Origin: Yuukianura sp. NJ FZ-2021
Lineage: Eukaryota
DNA: 64,000 nucleotides
NCBI GenBank assembly: GCA_046563655.1
Contig: CM102285.1
Span: 6,014,001-6,078,000 of the forward strand
Direction: 5' to 3'
Shown here: positions 12,962 through 27,900 of the stretch, in pieces
Position numbering within the stretch: position 1 is the first letter of the stretch
Layout: each line of letters starts with the position of its first letter
The notes under the pieces: generated by a model
Database searches by the model: none
Seen by the model: the letters and a program-made list of their open reading frames with translations, nothing else
Told to the model about the DNA's origin: nothing
Made by a program: the position numbers and the translations under genes

Positions 12962-15900
12962 CGGGTTAAACAAGAAGCCATTCTGGGTGTTTTATGAACG
13001 GTGTTAATTTTTCTGTTTAGAGTGCGGTTCCACGCCGTCACGAGCCATAAACCCACATCACGATTCACTTGCGCTAAGAATTCCACTATGCACAACGCTC
13101 TTTATTGCGTCAAAATTGCGTACCGTTAGATAGGTTTTTAAGTACCCTGAGCAGTAAGTTCAAAATACTCCGGGTTAAACAAGAAGCCGTTCTGGGTGTT
13201 TTATGAACGGTGTTAATTTTTCTGTTTAGAGTGCGGTTCCACGCCGTCACGAGTCATAAACCCACATCACGATTCACTTGCGCTAAGAATTCCACTATGC
13301 ACAACGCTCTTTATTGCGTGAAAATTGCGTACCGTTAAACAGGTTTTCAAGTACCCTGAGCAATAAGTTCAAAATATTGTGCTTTAAACAAGAAGCCGTT
13401 CTGGGTGTTTTATGAACGGTGTTAATTTTTCTGTTTAGAGTGCGGTTCCACGCCGTCACGAGTCATAAACCCACATCACGATTCACTTGCGCTAAGAATT
13501 CCACTTCGCACAAAGCTCTTTATGGCGTCAAAATTGCGTACCATTAGATAGGTTTTTAAGTACCCTGAGCAGTAAGTTCAAAATACTCCGGGTTAAAGAA
13601 GAAGCCGTGCTGGGTGTTTTATGAACGGTGTTAATTTTTCTGTTTAGAGTGCGGTTCCACGCCGTCACGAGTCAAAGACCCACATCACGATTCACTTGCG
13701 CTAAGAATTCCACTTCGCACAACGCTCTTTATTGCGTCAAAATTGCGTACCGTTAAATAGGTTTTTAAGTACCCTGAGCAGTAAGTTCAAAATACTCCGG
13801 GTTAAACAAGAAGCCGTGCTGGGTGTTTTATGAACGGTGTTAATTTTTCTGTTTAGAGTGCGGTTCCACGCCGTCACGAGTCATAAACCCACATCACGAT
13901 TCACTTGCGCTAAGAATTCCACTTCGCACAACGCTCTTTATTGCGTCAAAATTGCGTACCGTTAAATAGGTTTTTAAGTACCCTGAGCAGTAAGTTCAAA
14001 ATACTCCGGGTTAAACAAGAAGCCGTGCTGGGTGTTTTATGAACGGTGTTAATTTTTCTGTTTAGAGTGCGGTTCCACGCCGTCACGAGTCATAAACCCA
14101 CATCACGATTTACTTGCGCTACGAATTCCACTTCGCACAACGCTCTTTATGGCGTCAAAATTGCGTACCGTTAGATAGGTTTTTAAGTACCCTGAGCAGT
14201 AAGTTCAAAATACTCCGGGTTAAACAAGAAGCCGTTCTGGGTGTTTTATGAACGGTGTTAATTTTTCTGTTTAGAGTGCGGTTCCACGCCGTCACGAGTC
14301 ATAAACCCACATCACGATTCACTTGCGCTAAGAATTCCACTTCGCACAACGCTCTTTATGGCGTCAAAATTGCGTACCGTTAAACAGGTTTTCAAGTACC
14401 CTGAGCAGTAAGTTCAAAATATTGTGCTTTAAACAAGAAGCCGTTCTGGGTGTTTTATGAACGGTGTTAATTTTTCTGTTTAGAGTGCGGTTCCACGCCG
14501 TCACGAGTCATAAACCCACATCACGATTCACTTGCGCTAAGAATTCCACTTCGCACAACGCTCTTTATGGCGTCAAAATTGCGTACCGTTAAACAGGTTT
14601 TCAAGTACCCTGAGCAGTAAGTTCAAAATATTGTGCTTTAAAAAAGAAGCCGTTCTGGGTGTTTTATGAACGGTGTTAATTTTTCTGTTTAGAGTGCGGT
14701 TCCACGCCGTCACGAGTAATAAACCCACATCACGATTCACTTGCGCTAAGAATTCCACTATGCACAACGCTCTTTATTGCGTCAAAATTGCGTACCGTTA
14801 AATAGGTTTTTAAGTACCCTGAGCAGTAAGTTCAAAATACTCCGGGTTAAAGAAGAAGCCGTGCTGGGTGTTTTATGAACGGTGTTAATTTTTCTGTTTA
14901 GAGTGCGGTTCCACGCCGTCACGAGTCATAAACCCACATCACGATTCACTTGCGCTAAGAATTCCACTTCGCACAACGCTCTTTATTGCGTCAAAATTGC
15001 ATACCGTTAAATAGGTTTTTAAGTACCCTGAGCAGTAAGTTCAAAATACTCCGGGTTAAACAAGAAGCCGTTCTGGGTGTTTTATGAACGGTGTTAATTT
15101 TTCTGTTTAGAGTGCGGTTCCACGCCGTCACGAGTCATAAACCCACATCACGATTCACTTGCGCTAAGAATTCCACTATGCACAACGCTCTTTATGGCGT
15201 GAAAATTGCGTACCGTTAAACAGGTTTTCAACCACCCTGAGCAGTAAGTTCAAAATATTGTGCTTTAAACAAGAAGCCGTTCTGGGTGTTTTATGAACGG
15301 CGTTAATTTTTCTGTTTAGAGTGCGGTTCCACGCCGTCACGAGTCATAAACCCACACCACGATTCACTTGCGCTAAGAATTCCACTTCGCACAACGCTCT
15401 TTATTGCGTCAAAATTGCGTACCGTTAAATAGGTTTCTAAGTACCTTGAGCAGTAAGTTCAAAATACTCCGGGTTAAACAAGAAGCCGTTCTGGGTGTTT
15501 TATGAACGGTGTTAATTTTTCTGTTTAGAGTGCGGTTCCACGCCGTCACGAGTCATAAACCCACATCACGATTCACTTGCGCTAAGAATTCCACTTCGCA
15601 CAACGCTCTTTATTGCGTCAAAATTGCGTACCGTTAAATAGGTTTTTAAGTACCCTGAGCAGTAAGTTCAAAATACTCCGGGTTAAACAAGAAGCCGTTC
15701 TGGGTGTTTTATGAACGGTGTTAATTTTTCTGTTTAGAGTGCGGTTCCACGCCGTCACGAGTCATAAACCCACATCACGATTCACTTGCGCTAAGAATTC
15801 CACTATGCACAACGCTCTTTATGGCGTGAAAATTGCGTACCGTTAAACAGGTTTTCAACCACCCTGAGCAGTAAGTTCAAAATATTGTGCTTTAAACAAG

Positions 15901-18900
15901 AAGCCGTTCTGGGTGTTTTATGAACGGCGTTAATTTTTCTGTTTAGAGTGCGGTTCCACGCCGTCACGAGTCATAAACCCACACCACGATTCACTTGCGC
16001 TAAGAATTCCACTTCGCACAACGCTCTTTATTGCGTCAAAATTGCGTACCGTTAAATAGGTTTTTAAGTACCTTGAGCAGTAAGTTCAAAATACTCCGGG
16101 TTAAACAAGAAGCCGTTCTGGGTGTTTTATGAACGGTGTTAATTTTTCTGTTTAGAGTGCGGTTCCACGCCGTCACGAGTCATAAACCCACATCACGATT
16201 CACTTGCGCTAAGAATTCCACTATGCACAACGCTTTTTATGGCGTGAAAATTGCGTACCGTTAAACAGGTTTTCAACCACCCTGAGCAGTAAGTTCAAAA
16301 TATTGTGCTTTAAACAAGAAGCCGTTCTGGGTGTTTTATGAACGGTGTTAATTTTTCTGTTTAGAGTGCGGTTCCACGCCGTCACGAGTCATAAACCCAC
16401 ATCACGATTCACTTGCGCTAAGAATTCCACTATGCACAACGCTCTTTATGGCGTGAAAATTGTGTACCGTTAAACAGGTTTTCAACCACCCTGAGCAGAA
16501 AGTTCAAAATACTCCGGGTTAAAGAAGAAGCCGTTCTGGGTGTTTTATGAACGGTGTTAATTTTTCTGTTTAGAGTGCGGTTCCACGCCGTCACGAGTCA
16601 TAAACCCACATCACGATTCACTTGCGCTAAGAATTCCACTATGCACAACGCTCTTTATTGCGTGAAAATTGCGTACCGTTAAACAGGTTTTCAAGTACCC
16701 TGAGCAGTAAGTTCAAAATATTGTGCTTTAAACAAGAAGCCGTTCTGGGTGTTTTATGAACGGTGTTAATTTTTCTGTTTAGAGTGCGGTTCCACGCCGT
16801 CACGAGTCATAAACCCACATCACGATTCACTTGCGCTAAGAATTCCACTTCGCACAAAGCTCTTTATGGCGTCAAAATTGCGTACCGTTAGATAGGTTTT
16901 TAAGTACCCTGAGCAGTAAGTTCAAAATACTCCGGGTTAAAGAAGAAGCCGTGCTGGGTGTTTTATGAACGGTGTTAATTTTTCTGTTTAGAGTGCGGTT
17001 CCACGCCGTCACGAGTCATAAACCCACATCACGATTCACTTGCGCTAAGAATTCCACTTCGCACAACGCTCTTTATTGCGTCAAAATTGCGTACCGTTAA
17101 ATAGGTTTTTAAGTACCCTGAGCAGTAAGTTCAAAATACTCCGGGTTAAACAAGAAGCCGTGCTGGGTGTTTTATGAACGGTGTTAATTTTTCTGTTTAG
17201 AGTACGGTTGCACGCCGTCACGAGTCATAAACCCACATCACGATTCACTTGCGCTAAGAATTCCACTTCGCACAACGCTCTTTATGGCGTCAAAATTGCG
17301 TACCGTTAAATAGGTTTTTAAGTACCCTGAGCAGTAAGTTCAAAATACTCCGGGTTAAACAAGAAGCCGTTCTGGGTGTTTTATGAACGGTGTTAATTTT
17401 TCTGTTTAGAGTGCGGTTCCACGCCGTCACGAGTCATAAACCCACATCACGATTCACTTGCGCTAAGAATTCCACTATGCACAACGCTCTTTATGGCGTG
17501 AAAATTGCGTACCGTTAAACAGGTTTTCAACCACCCTGAGCAGTAAGTTCAAAATATTGTGCTTTAAACAAGAAGCCGTTCTGGGTGTTTTATGAACGGC
17601 GTTAATTTTTCTGTTTAGAGTGCGGTTCCACGCCGTCACGAGTCATAAACCCACACCACGATTCACTTGCGCTAAGAATTCCACTTCGCACAACGCTCTT
17701 TATGGCGTCAAAATTGCGTACCGTTAAATAGGTTTTTAAGTACCCTGAGCAGTAAGTTCAAAATACTCCGGGTTAAACAAGAAGCCGTTCTGGGTGTTTT
17801 ATGAACGGTGTTAATTTTTCTGTTTAGAGTGCGGTTCCACGCCGTCACGAGTCATAAACCCACATCACGATTCACTTGCGCTAAGAATTCCACTTCGCAC
17901 AAAGCTCTTTATGGCGTCAAAATTGCGTACCGTTAGATAGGTTTTTAAGTACCCTGAGCAGTAAGTTCAAAATACTCCGGGTTAAAGAAGAAGCCGTGCT
18001 GGGTGTTTTATGAACGGTGTTAATTTTTCTGTTTAGAGTGCGGTTCCACGCCGTCACGAGTCATAAACGCACATCACGATTCACTTGCGCTAAGAATTCC
18101 ACTTCGCACAACGCTCTTTATTGCGTCAAAATTGCGTACCGTTAAATAGGTTTTTAAGTACCCTGAGCAGTAAGTTCAAAATACTCCGGGTTAAACAAGA
18201 AGCCGTGCTGGGTGTTTTATGAACGGTGTTAATTTTTCTGTTTAGAGTGCGGTTGCACGCCGTCACGAGTCATAAACCCACATCACGATTCACTTGCGCT
18301 AAGAATTCCACTTCGCACAACGCTCTTTATGGCGTCAAAATTGCGTACCGTTAAATAGGTTTTTAAGTACCCTGAACAGTAAGTTCAAAATACTCCGGGT
18401 TAAACAAGAAGCCGTTCTGGGTGTTTTATGAACGGTGTTAATTTTTCTGTTTAGAGTGCGGTTCCACGCCGTCACGAGTCATAAACCCACATCACGATTC
18501 ACTTGCGCTAAGAATTCCACTATGCACAACGCTCTTTATGGCGTGAAAATTGCGTACCGTTAAACAGGTTTTCAACCACCCTGAGCAGTAAGTTCAAAAT
18601 ATTGTGCTTTAAACAAGAAGTCGTTCTGGGTGTTTTATGAACGGCGTTAATTTTTCTGTTTAGAGTGCGGTTCCACGCCGTCACGAGTCATAAACCCACA
18701 CCACGATTCACTTGCGCTAAGAATTCCACTTCGCACAACGCTCTTTATTGCGTCAAAATTGCGTACCGTTAAATAGGTTTTTAAGTACCTTGAGCAGTAA
18801 GTTCAAAATACTCCGGGTTAAACAAGAAGCCGTTCTGGGTGTTTTATGAACGGTGTTAATTTTTCTGTTTAGAGTGCGGTTCTACGCCGTCACGAGTCAT

Positions 18901-21900
18901 AAACCCACATCACGATTCACTTGCGCTAAGAATTCCACTTCGCACAAAGCTCTTTATGGCGTCAAAATTGCGTACCGTTAGATAGGGTTTTAAGTACCCT
19001 GAGCAGTAAGTTCAAAATACTCCGGGTTAAAGAAGAAGCCGTGCTGGGTGTTTTATGAACGGTGTTAATTTTTCTGTTTAGAGTGCGGTTCCACGCCGTC
19101 ACGAGTCATAAACCCACATCACGATTCACATGCGCTAAGAATTCCACTTCGCACAACGCTCTCTATTGCGTCAAAATTGCGTACCGTTAAATAGGTTTTT
19201 AAGTACCCTGAGCAGTAAGTTCAAAATACTCCGGGTTAAACAAGAAGCCGTGCTGGGTGTTTTATGAACGGTGTTAATTTTTCTCTTTAGAGTGCGGTTC
19301 CACGCCGTCACGAGTCATAAACCCACATCACGATTCACTTGCGCTAAGAATTCCACTATGCACAACGCTCTTAATGGCGTCAAAATTGCGTACCGTTAAA
19401 TAGGTTTTTAAGTACCTTGAGCAGTAAGTTCAAAATACTCCGGGTTAAACAAGAAGCCGTTCTGGGTGTTTTATGAACGGTGTTAATTTTTCTGTTTAGA
19501 GTGCGGTTCCACGCCGTCACGAGTCATAAACCCACATCACGATTCACTTGCGCTAAGAATTCCACTATGCACAACGCTCTTTATGGCGTGAAAATTGCGT
19601 ACCGTTAAATAGGTTTTTAAGTACCTTGAGCAGTAAGTTCAAAATACTCCGGGTTAAACAAGAAGCCGTTCTGGGTGTTTTATGAACGGTGTTAATTTTT
19701 CTGTTTAGAGTGCGGTTCCACGCCGTCACGAGTCATAAACCCACATCACGATTCACTTGCGCTAAGAATTCCACTTCGCACAACGCTCTTTATTGCGTCA
19801 AAATTGCGTACCGTTAAATAGGTTTTTAAGTACCCTGAGCAGTAAGTTCAAAATACTCCGGGTTAAACAAGGTGCCGTTCTGGGTGTTTTATGAACGGTG
19901 TTAATTTTTCTGTTTAGAGTGCGGTTCCACGCCGTCACGAGTCATAAACCCACATCACGATTCACTTGCGCTAAGAATTCCACTTCGCACAACGCTCTTT
20001 ATTGCGTCAAAATTGCGTAACGTTAAATAGGTTTTTAAGTACCCTGAGCAGTAAGTTCAAAATACTCCAGGTTAAACAAGAAGCCGTGCTGGGTGTTTTA
20101 TGAACGGCGTTAATTTTTCTGTTTAGAGTGCGGTTCCACGCCGTCACGAGTCATAAACCCACACCACGATTCACTTGCGCTAAGAATTCCACTTCGCACA
20201 ACGCTCTTTATTGCGTCAAAATTGCGTACCGTTAAATAGGTTTTTAAGTACCTTGAGCAGTAAGTTCAAAATACTCCGGGTTAAACAAGAAGCCGTTCTG
20301 GGTGTTTTATGAACGGTGTTAATTTTTCTGTTTAGAGTGCGGTTCTACGCCGTCACGAGTCATAAACCCACATCACGATTCACTTGCGCTAAGAATTCCA
20401 CTTCGCACAAAGCTCTTTATGGCGTCAAAATTGCGTACCGTTAGATAGGGTTTTAAGTACCCTGAGCAGTAAGTTCAAAATACTCCGGGTTAAAGAAGAA
20501 GCCGTGCTGGGTGTTTTATGAACGGTGTTAATTTTTCTGTTTAGAGTGCGGTTCCACGCCGTCACGAGTCATAAACCCACATCACGATTCACTTGCGCTA
20601 AGAATTCCACTATGCACAACGCTCTTTATGGCGTGAAAATTGCGTACCGTTAAATAGGTTTTTAAGTACCTTGAGCAGTAAGTTCAAAATACTCCGGGTT
20701 AAACAAGAAGCCGTTCTGGGTGTTTTATGAACGGTGTTAATTTTTCTGTTTAGAGTGCGGTTCCACGCCGTCACGAGTCATAAACCCACATCACGATTCA
20801 CTTGCGCTAAGAATTCCACTTCGCACAACGCTCTTTATTGCGTCAAAATTGCGTACCGTTAAATAGGTTTTTAAGTACCCTGAGCAGTAAGTTCAAAATA
20901 CTCCGGGTTAAACAAGGTGCCGTTCTGGGTGTTTTATGAACGGTGTTAATTTTTCTGTTTAGAGTGCGGTTCCACGCCGTCACGAGTCATAAACCCACAT
21001 CACGATTCACTTGCGCTAAGAATTCCACTTCGCACAACGCTCTTTATTGCGTCAAAATTGCGTAACGTTAAATAGGTTTTTAAGTACCCTGAGCAGTAAG
21101 TTCAAAATACTCCAGGTTAAACAAGAAGCCGTGCTGGGTGTTTTATGAACGGCGTTAATTTTTCTGTTTAGAGTGCGGTTCCACGCCGTCACGAGTCATA
21201 AACCCACACCACGATTCACTTGCGCTAAGAATTCCACTTCGCACAACGCTCTTTATTGCGTCAAAATTGCGTACCGTTAAATAGGTTTTTAAGTACCTTG
21301 AGCAGTAAGTTCAAAATACTCCGGGTTAAACAAGAAGCCGTTCTGGGTGTTTTATGAACGGTGTTAATTTTTCTGTTTAGAGTGCGGTTCTACGCCGTCA
21401 CGAGTCATAAACCCACATCACGATTCACTTGCGCTAAGAATTCCACTTCGCACAAAGCTCTTTATGGCGTCAAAATTGCGTACCGTTAGATAGGGTTTTA
21501 AGTACCCTGAGCAGTAAGTTCAAAATACTCCGGGTTAAAGAAGAAGCCGTGCTGGGTGTTTTATGAACGGTGTTAATTTTTCTGTTTAGAGTGCGGTTCC
21601 ACGCCGTCACGAGTCATAAACCCACATCACGATTCACTTGCGCTAAGAATTCCACTTCGCACAACGCTCTCTATTGCGTCAAAATTGCGTACCGTTAAAT
21701 AGGTTTTTAAGTACCCTGAGCAGTAAGTTCAAAATACTCCGGGTTAAACAAGAAGCCGTGCTGGGTGTTTTATGAACGGTGTTAATTTTTCTCTTTAGAG
21801 TGCGGTTCCACGCCGTCACGAGTCATAAACCCACATCACGATTCACTTGCGCTAAGAATTCCACTATGCACAACGCTCTTAATGGCGTCAAAATTGCGTA

Positions 21901-24900
21901 CCGTTAAATAGGTTTTTAAGTACCTTGAGCAGTAAGTTCAAAATACTCCGGGTTAAACAAGAAGCCGTTCTGGGTGTTTTATGAACGGTGTTAATTTTTC
22001 TGTTTAGAGTGCGGTTCCACGCCGTCACGAGTCATAAACCCACATCACGATTCACTTGCGCTAAGAATTCCACTATGCACAACGCTCTTTATGGCGTGAA
22101 AATTGCGTACCGTTAAATAGGTTTTTAAGTACCTTGAGCAGTAAGTTCAAAATACTCCGGGTTAAACAAGAAGCCGTTCTGGGTGTTTTATGAACGGTGT
22201 TAATTTTTCTGTTTAGAGTGCGGTTCCACGCCGTCACGAGTCATAAACCCACATCACGATTCACTTGCGCTAAGAATTCCACTTCGCACAACGCTCTTTA
22301 TTGCGTCAAAATTGCGTACCGTTAAATAGGTTTTTAAGTACCCTGAGCAGTAAGTTCAAAATACTCCGGGTTAAACAAGGTGCCGTTCTGGGTGTTTTAT
22401 GAACGGTGTTAATTTTTCTGTTTAGAGTGCGGTTCCACGCCGTCACGAGTCATAAACCCACATCACGATTCACTTGCGCTAAGAATTCCACTTCGCACAA
22501 CGCTCTTTATTGCGTCAAAATTGCGTACCGTTAAATAGGTTTTTAAGTACCCTGAGCAGTAAGTTCAAAATACTCCGGGTTAAACAAGGTGCCGTTCTGG
22601 GTGTTTTATGAACGGTGTTAATTTTTCTGTTTAGAGTGCGGTTCCACGCCGTCACGAGTCATAAACCCACATCGCGATTCACTTGCGCTAAGAATTCCAC
22701 TTCGCACAACGCTCTTTATTGCGTGAAAATTGCGTACCGTTAAATAGGTTTTTAAGTACCATGAGCAGTAAGTTCAAAATACTCCGGGTTAAACAAGAAG
22801 CCGTTCTGGGTGTTTTATGAACGGTGTTAATTTTTCTGTTTAGAGTGCGGTTCCACGCCGTCACGAGTCATAAACCCACATCACGATTCACTTGCGCTAA
22901 GAATTCCACAATGCACAACGCTCTTTATGGCGTGAAAATTGCGTACCGTTAAACAGGTTTTCAACCACCCTGAGCAGTAAGTTCAAAATATTGTGCTTTA
23001 AACAAAAAGCCGTTCTGGGTGTTTTATGAACGGCGTTAATTTTTCTGTTTAGAGTGCGGTTCCACGCCGTCACGAGTCATAAACCCACATCACGATTCAC
23101 TTGCGCTAAGAATTCCACTATGCACAACGCTCTTTATGGCGTCAAAATTGCTTACCGTTAAACAGGTTTTCAACCACCCTGAGCAGTAAGTTCAAAATAT
23201 TTTGCTTTAAACAAGAAGCCGTTCTGGGTGTTTTATTAACGGTGTTAATTTTTCTGTTTAGAGTGCGGTTCCACGCCGTCACGAGTCATAAACCCACATC
23301 ACGATTCACTTGCGCTAAGAATTCCACTATGCACAACGCTCTTTATGGCGTGAAAATTGCGTACCGTTAAACAGGTTTTCAACCACCCTGAGCAGTAGGT
23401 TCAAAATATTTTGCTTTAAACAAGAAGCCGTTCTGGGTGTTTTATGAACGGTGTTAATTTTTCTGTTTAGAGTGCGGTTCCACGCCGTCACGAGTCATAA
23501 ACCCACATCACGATTCACTTGCGCTAAGAATTCCACTTCGCACAACGCTCTTTATTGCGTCAAAATTGCGTACCGTTAAATAGGTTTTTAAGTACCTTGA
23601 GCAGTAAGTTCAAAATACTCCGGGTTAAACAAGAAGCCGTTCTAGGTGTTTTATGAACGGTGTTAATTTTTCTGTTTAGAGTGCGGTTCCACGCCGTCAC
23701 GAGTCATAAACCCACATCACGATTCACTTGCGCTAAGAATTCCACTTCGCACAACGCTCTTTATTGCGTCAAAATTGCGTACCGTTAAATAGGTTTTTAA
23801 GTACCTTGAGCAGTAAGTTCAAAATACTCCGGGTTAAACAAGAAGCCGTGCTGGGTGTTTTATGAACGGTGTTAATTTTTCTGTTTAGAGTGCGGTTCCA
23901 CGCCGTCACGAGTCATAAACCCACATCACGATTCACTTGCGCTTAGAATTCCACTTCGCACAACGCTCTTTATTGCGTCAAAATTGCGTACCGTTAAATA
24001 GGTTTTTAAGTACCCTGAGCAGTAAGTTCAAAATACTCCGGGTTAAACAAGGTGCCGTTCTGGGTGTTTTATGAACGGTGTTAATTTTTCTGTTTAGAGT
24101 GCGGTTCCACGCCGTCACGAGTCATAAACCCACATCACGATTCACTTGCGCTAAGAATTCCACTTCGCACAACGCTCTTTATTGCGTCAAAATTGCGTAA
24201 CGTTAAATAGGTTTTTAAGTACCCTGAGCAGTAAGTTCAAAATACTCCGGGTTAAACAAGAAGCCGTGCTGGGTGTTTTATGAACGGTGTTAATTTTTCT
24301 GTTTAGAGTGCGGTTCCACGCCGTCACGAGTCATAAACCCACATCACGATTCACTTGCGCTAAGAATTCCACAATGCACAACGCTCTTTATGGCGTGAAA
24401 ATTGCGTACCGTTAAACAGGTTTTCAACCACCCTGAGCAGTAAGTTCAAAATATTGTGCTTTAAACAAAAAGCCGTTCTGGGTGTTTTATGAACGGCGTT
24501 AATTTTTCTGTTTAGAGTGCGGTTCCACGCCGTCACGAGTCATAAACCCACATCACGATTCACTTGCGCTAAGAATTCCACTTCGCACAACGCTCTTTAT
24601 TGCGTCAAAATTGCGTACCGTTAAATAGGTTTTTAAGTACCCTGAGCAGTAAGTTCAAAATACTCCGGGTTAAACAAGGTGCCGTTCTGGGTGTTTTATG
24701 AACGGTGTTAATTTTTCTGTTTAGAGTGCGGTTCCACGCCGTCACGAGTCATAAACCCACATCGCGATTCACTTGCGCTAAGAATTCCACTTCGCACAAC
24801 GCTCTTTATTGCGTGAAAATTGTGTACCGTTAAATAGGTTTTTAAGTACCATGAGCAGTAAGTTCAAAATACTCCGGGTTAAACAAGAAGCCGTTCTGGG

Positions 24901-27900
24901 TGTTTTATGAACGGTGTTAATTTTTCTGTTTAGAGTGCGGTTCCACGCCGTCACGAGTCATAAACCCACATCACGATTCACTTGCGCTAAGAATTCCACA
25001 ATGCACAACGCTCTTTATGGCGTGAAAATTGCGTACCGTTAAACAGGTTTTCAACCACCCTGAGCAGTAAGTTCAAAATATTGTGCTTTAAACAAAAAGC
25101 CGTTCTGGGTGTTTTATGAACGGCGTTAATTTTTCTGTTTAGAGTGCGGTTCCACGCCGTCACGAGTCATAAACCCACATCACGATTCACTTGCGCTAAG
25201 AATTCCACTTCGCACAACGCTCTTTATTGCGTCAAAATTGCGTACCGTTAAATAGGTTTTTAAGTACCCTGAGCAGTAAGTTCAAAATACTCCGGGTTAA
25301 ACAAGGTGCCGTTCTGGGTGTTTTATGAACGGTGTTAATTTTTCTGTTTAGAGTGCGGTTCCACGCCGTCACGAGTCATAAACCCACATCGCGATTCACT
25401 TGCGCTAAGAATTCCACTTCGCACAACGCTCTTTATTGCGTGAAAATTGTGTACCGTTAAATAGGTTTTTAAGTACCATGAGCAGTAAGTTCAAAATACT
25501 CCGGGTTAAACAAGAAGCCGTTCTGGGTGTTTTATGAACGGTGTTAATTTTTCTGTTTAGAGTGCGGTTCCACGCCGTCACGAGTCATAAACCCACATCA
25601 CGATTCACTTGCGCTAAGAATTCCACAATGCACAACGCTCTTTATGGCGTGAAAATTGCGTACCGTTAAACAGGTTTTCAACCACCCTGAGCAGTAAGTT
25701 CAAAATATTGTGCTTTAAACAAAAAGCCGTTCTGGGTGTTTTATGAACGGCGTTAATTTTTCTGTTTAGAGTGCGGTTCCACGCCGTCACGAGTCATAAA
25801 CCCACATCACGATTCACTTGCGCTAAGAATTCCACTATGCACAACGCTCTTTATGGCGTCAAAATTGCTTACCGTTAAACAGGTTTTCAACCACCCTGAG
25901 CAGTAAGTTCAAAATATTTTGCTTTAAACAAGAAGCCGTTCTGGGTGTTTTATTAACGGTGTTAATTTTTCTGTTTAGAGTGCGGTTCCACGCCGTCACG
26001 AGTCATAAACCCACATCACGATTCACTTGCGCTAAGAATTCCACTATGCACAACGCTCTTTATGGCGTGAAAATTGCGTACCGTTAAACAGGTTTTCAAC
26101 CACCCTGAGCAGTAGGTTCAAAATATTTTGCTTTAAACAAGAAGCCGTTCTGGGTGTTTTATGAACGGTGTTAATTTTTCTGTTTAGAGTGCGGTTCCAC
26201 GCCGTCACGAGTCATAAACCCACATCACGATTCACTTGCGCTAAGAATTCCACTTCGCACAACGCTCTTTATTGCGTCAAAATTGCGTACCGTTAAATAG
26301 GTTTTTAAGTACCTTGAGCAGTAAGTTCAAAATACTCCGGGTTAAACAAGAAGCCGTTCTAGGTGTTTTATGAACGGTGTTAATTTTTCTGTTTAGAGTG
26401 CGGTTCCACGCCGTCACGAGTCATAAACCCACATCACGATTCACTTGCGCTAAGAATTCCACTTCGCACAACGCTCTTTATTGCGTCAAAATTGCGTACC
26501 GTTAAATAGGTTTTTAAGTACCTTGAGCAGTAAGTTCAAAATACTCCGGGTTAAACAAGAAGCCGTGCTGGGTGTTTTATGAACGGTGTTAATTTTTCTG
26601 TTTAGAGTGCGGTTCCACGCCGTCACGAGTCATAAACCCACATCACGATTCACTTGCGCTTAGAATTCCACTTCGCACAACGCTCTTTATTGCGTCAAAA
26701 TTGCGTACCGTTAAATAGGTTTTTAAGTACCCTGAGCAGTAAGTTCAAAATACTCCGGGTTAAACAAGGTGCCGTTCTGGGTGTTTTATGAACGGTGTTA
26801 ATTTTTCTGTTTAGAGTGCGGTTCCACGCCGTCACGAGTCATAAACCCACATCACGATTCACTTGCGCTAAGAATTCCACTTCGCACAACGCTCTTTATT
26901 GCGTCAAAATTGCGTAACGTTAAATAGGTTTTTAAGTACCCTGAGCAGTAAGTTCAAAATACTCCGGGTTAAACAAGAAGCCGTGCTGGGTGTTTTATGA
27001 ACGGTGTTAATTTTTCTGTTTAGAGTGCGGTTCCACGCCGTCACGAGTCATAAACCCACATCACGATTCACTTGCGCTAAGAATTCCACAATGCACAACG
27101 CTCTTTATGGCGTGAAAATTGCGTACCGTTAAACAGGTTTTCAACCACCCTGAGCAGTAAGTTCAAAATATTGTGCTTTAAACAAAAAGCCGTTCTGGGT
27201 GTTTTATGAACGGCGTTAATTTTTCTGTTTAGAGTGCGGTTCCACGCCGTCACGAGTCATAAACCCACATCACGATTCACTTGCGCTAAGAATTCCACAA
27301 TGCACAACGCTCTTTATTGCGTCAAAATTGCGTACCGTTAAATAGGTTTTTAAGTACCCTGAGCAGTAAGTTCAAAATACTCCGGGTTAAACAAGGTGCC
27401 GTTCTGGGTGTTTTATGAACGGTGTTAATTTTTCTGTTTAGAGTGCGGTTCCACGCCGTCACGAGTCATAAACCCACATCACGATTCACTTGCGCTAAGA
27501 ATTCCCCTATGCACAACGCTCTTTATGGCGTGAAAATTGCGTACCGTTAAACAGGTTTTCAACCACCCTGAGCAGAAAGTTCAAAATACTCCGGGTTAAA
27601 CAAGAAGCCGTTCTAGGTGTTTTATGAACGGTGTTAATTTTTCTGTTTAGAGTGCGGTTCCACGCCGTCACGAGTCATAAACCCACATCACGATTCACTT
27701 GCGCTAAGAATTCCACTTCGCACAACGCTCTTTATTGCGTCAAAATTGCGTACCGTTAAATAGGTTTTTAAGTACCTTGAGCAGTAAGTTCAAAATACTC
27801 CGGGTTAAACAAGAAGCCGTGCTGGGTGTTTTATGAACGGTGTTAATTTTTCTGTTTAGAGTGCGGTTCCACGCCGTCACGAGTCATAAACCCACATCAC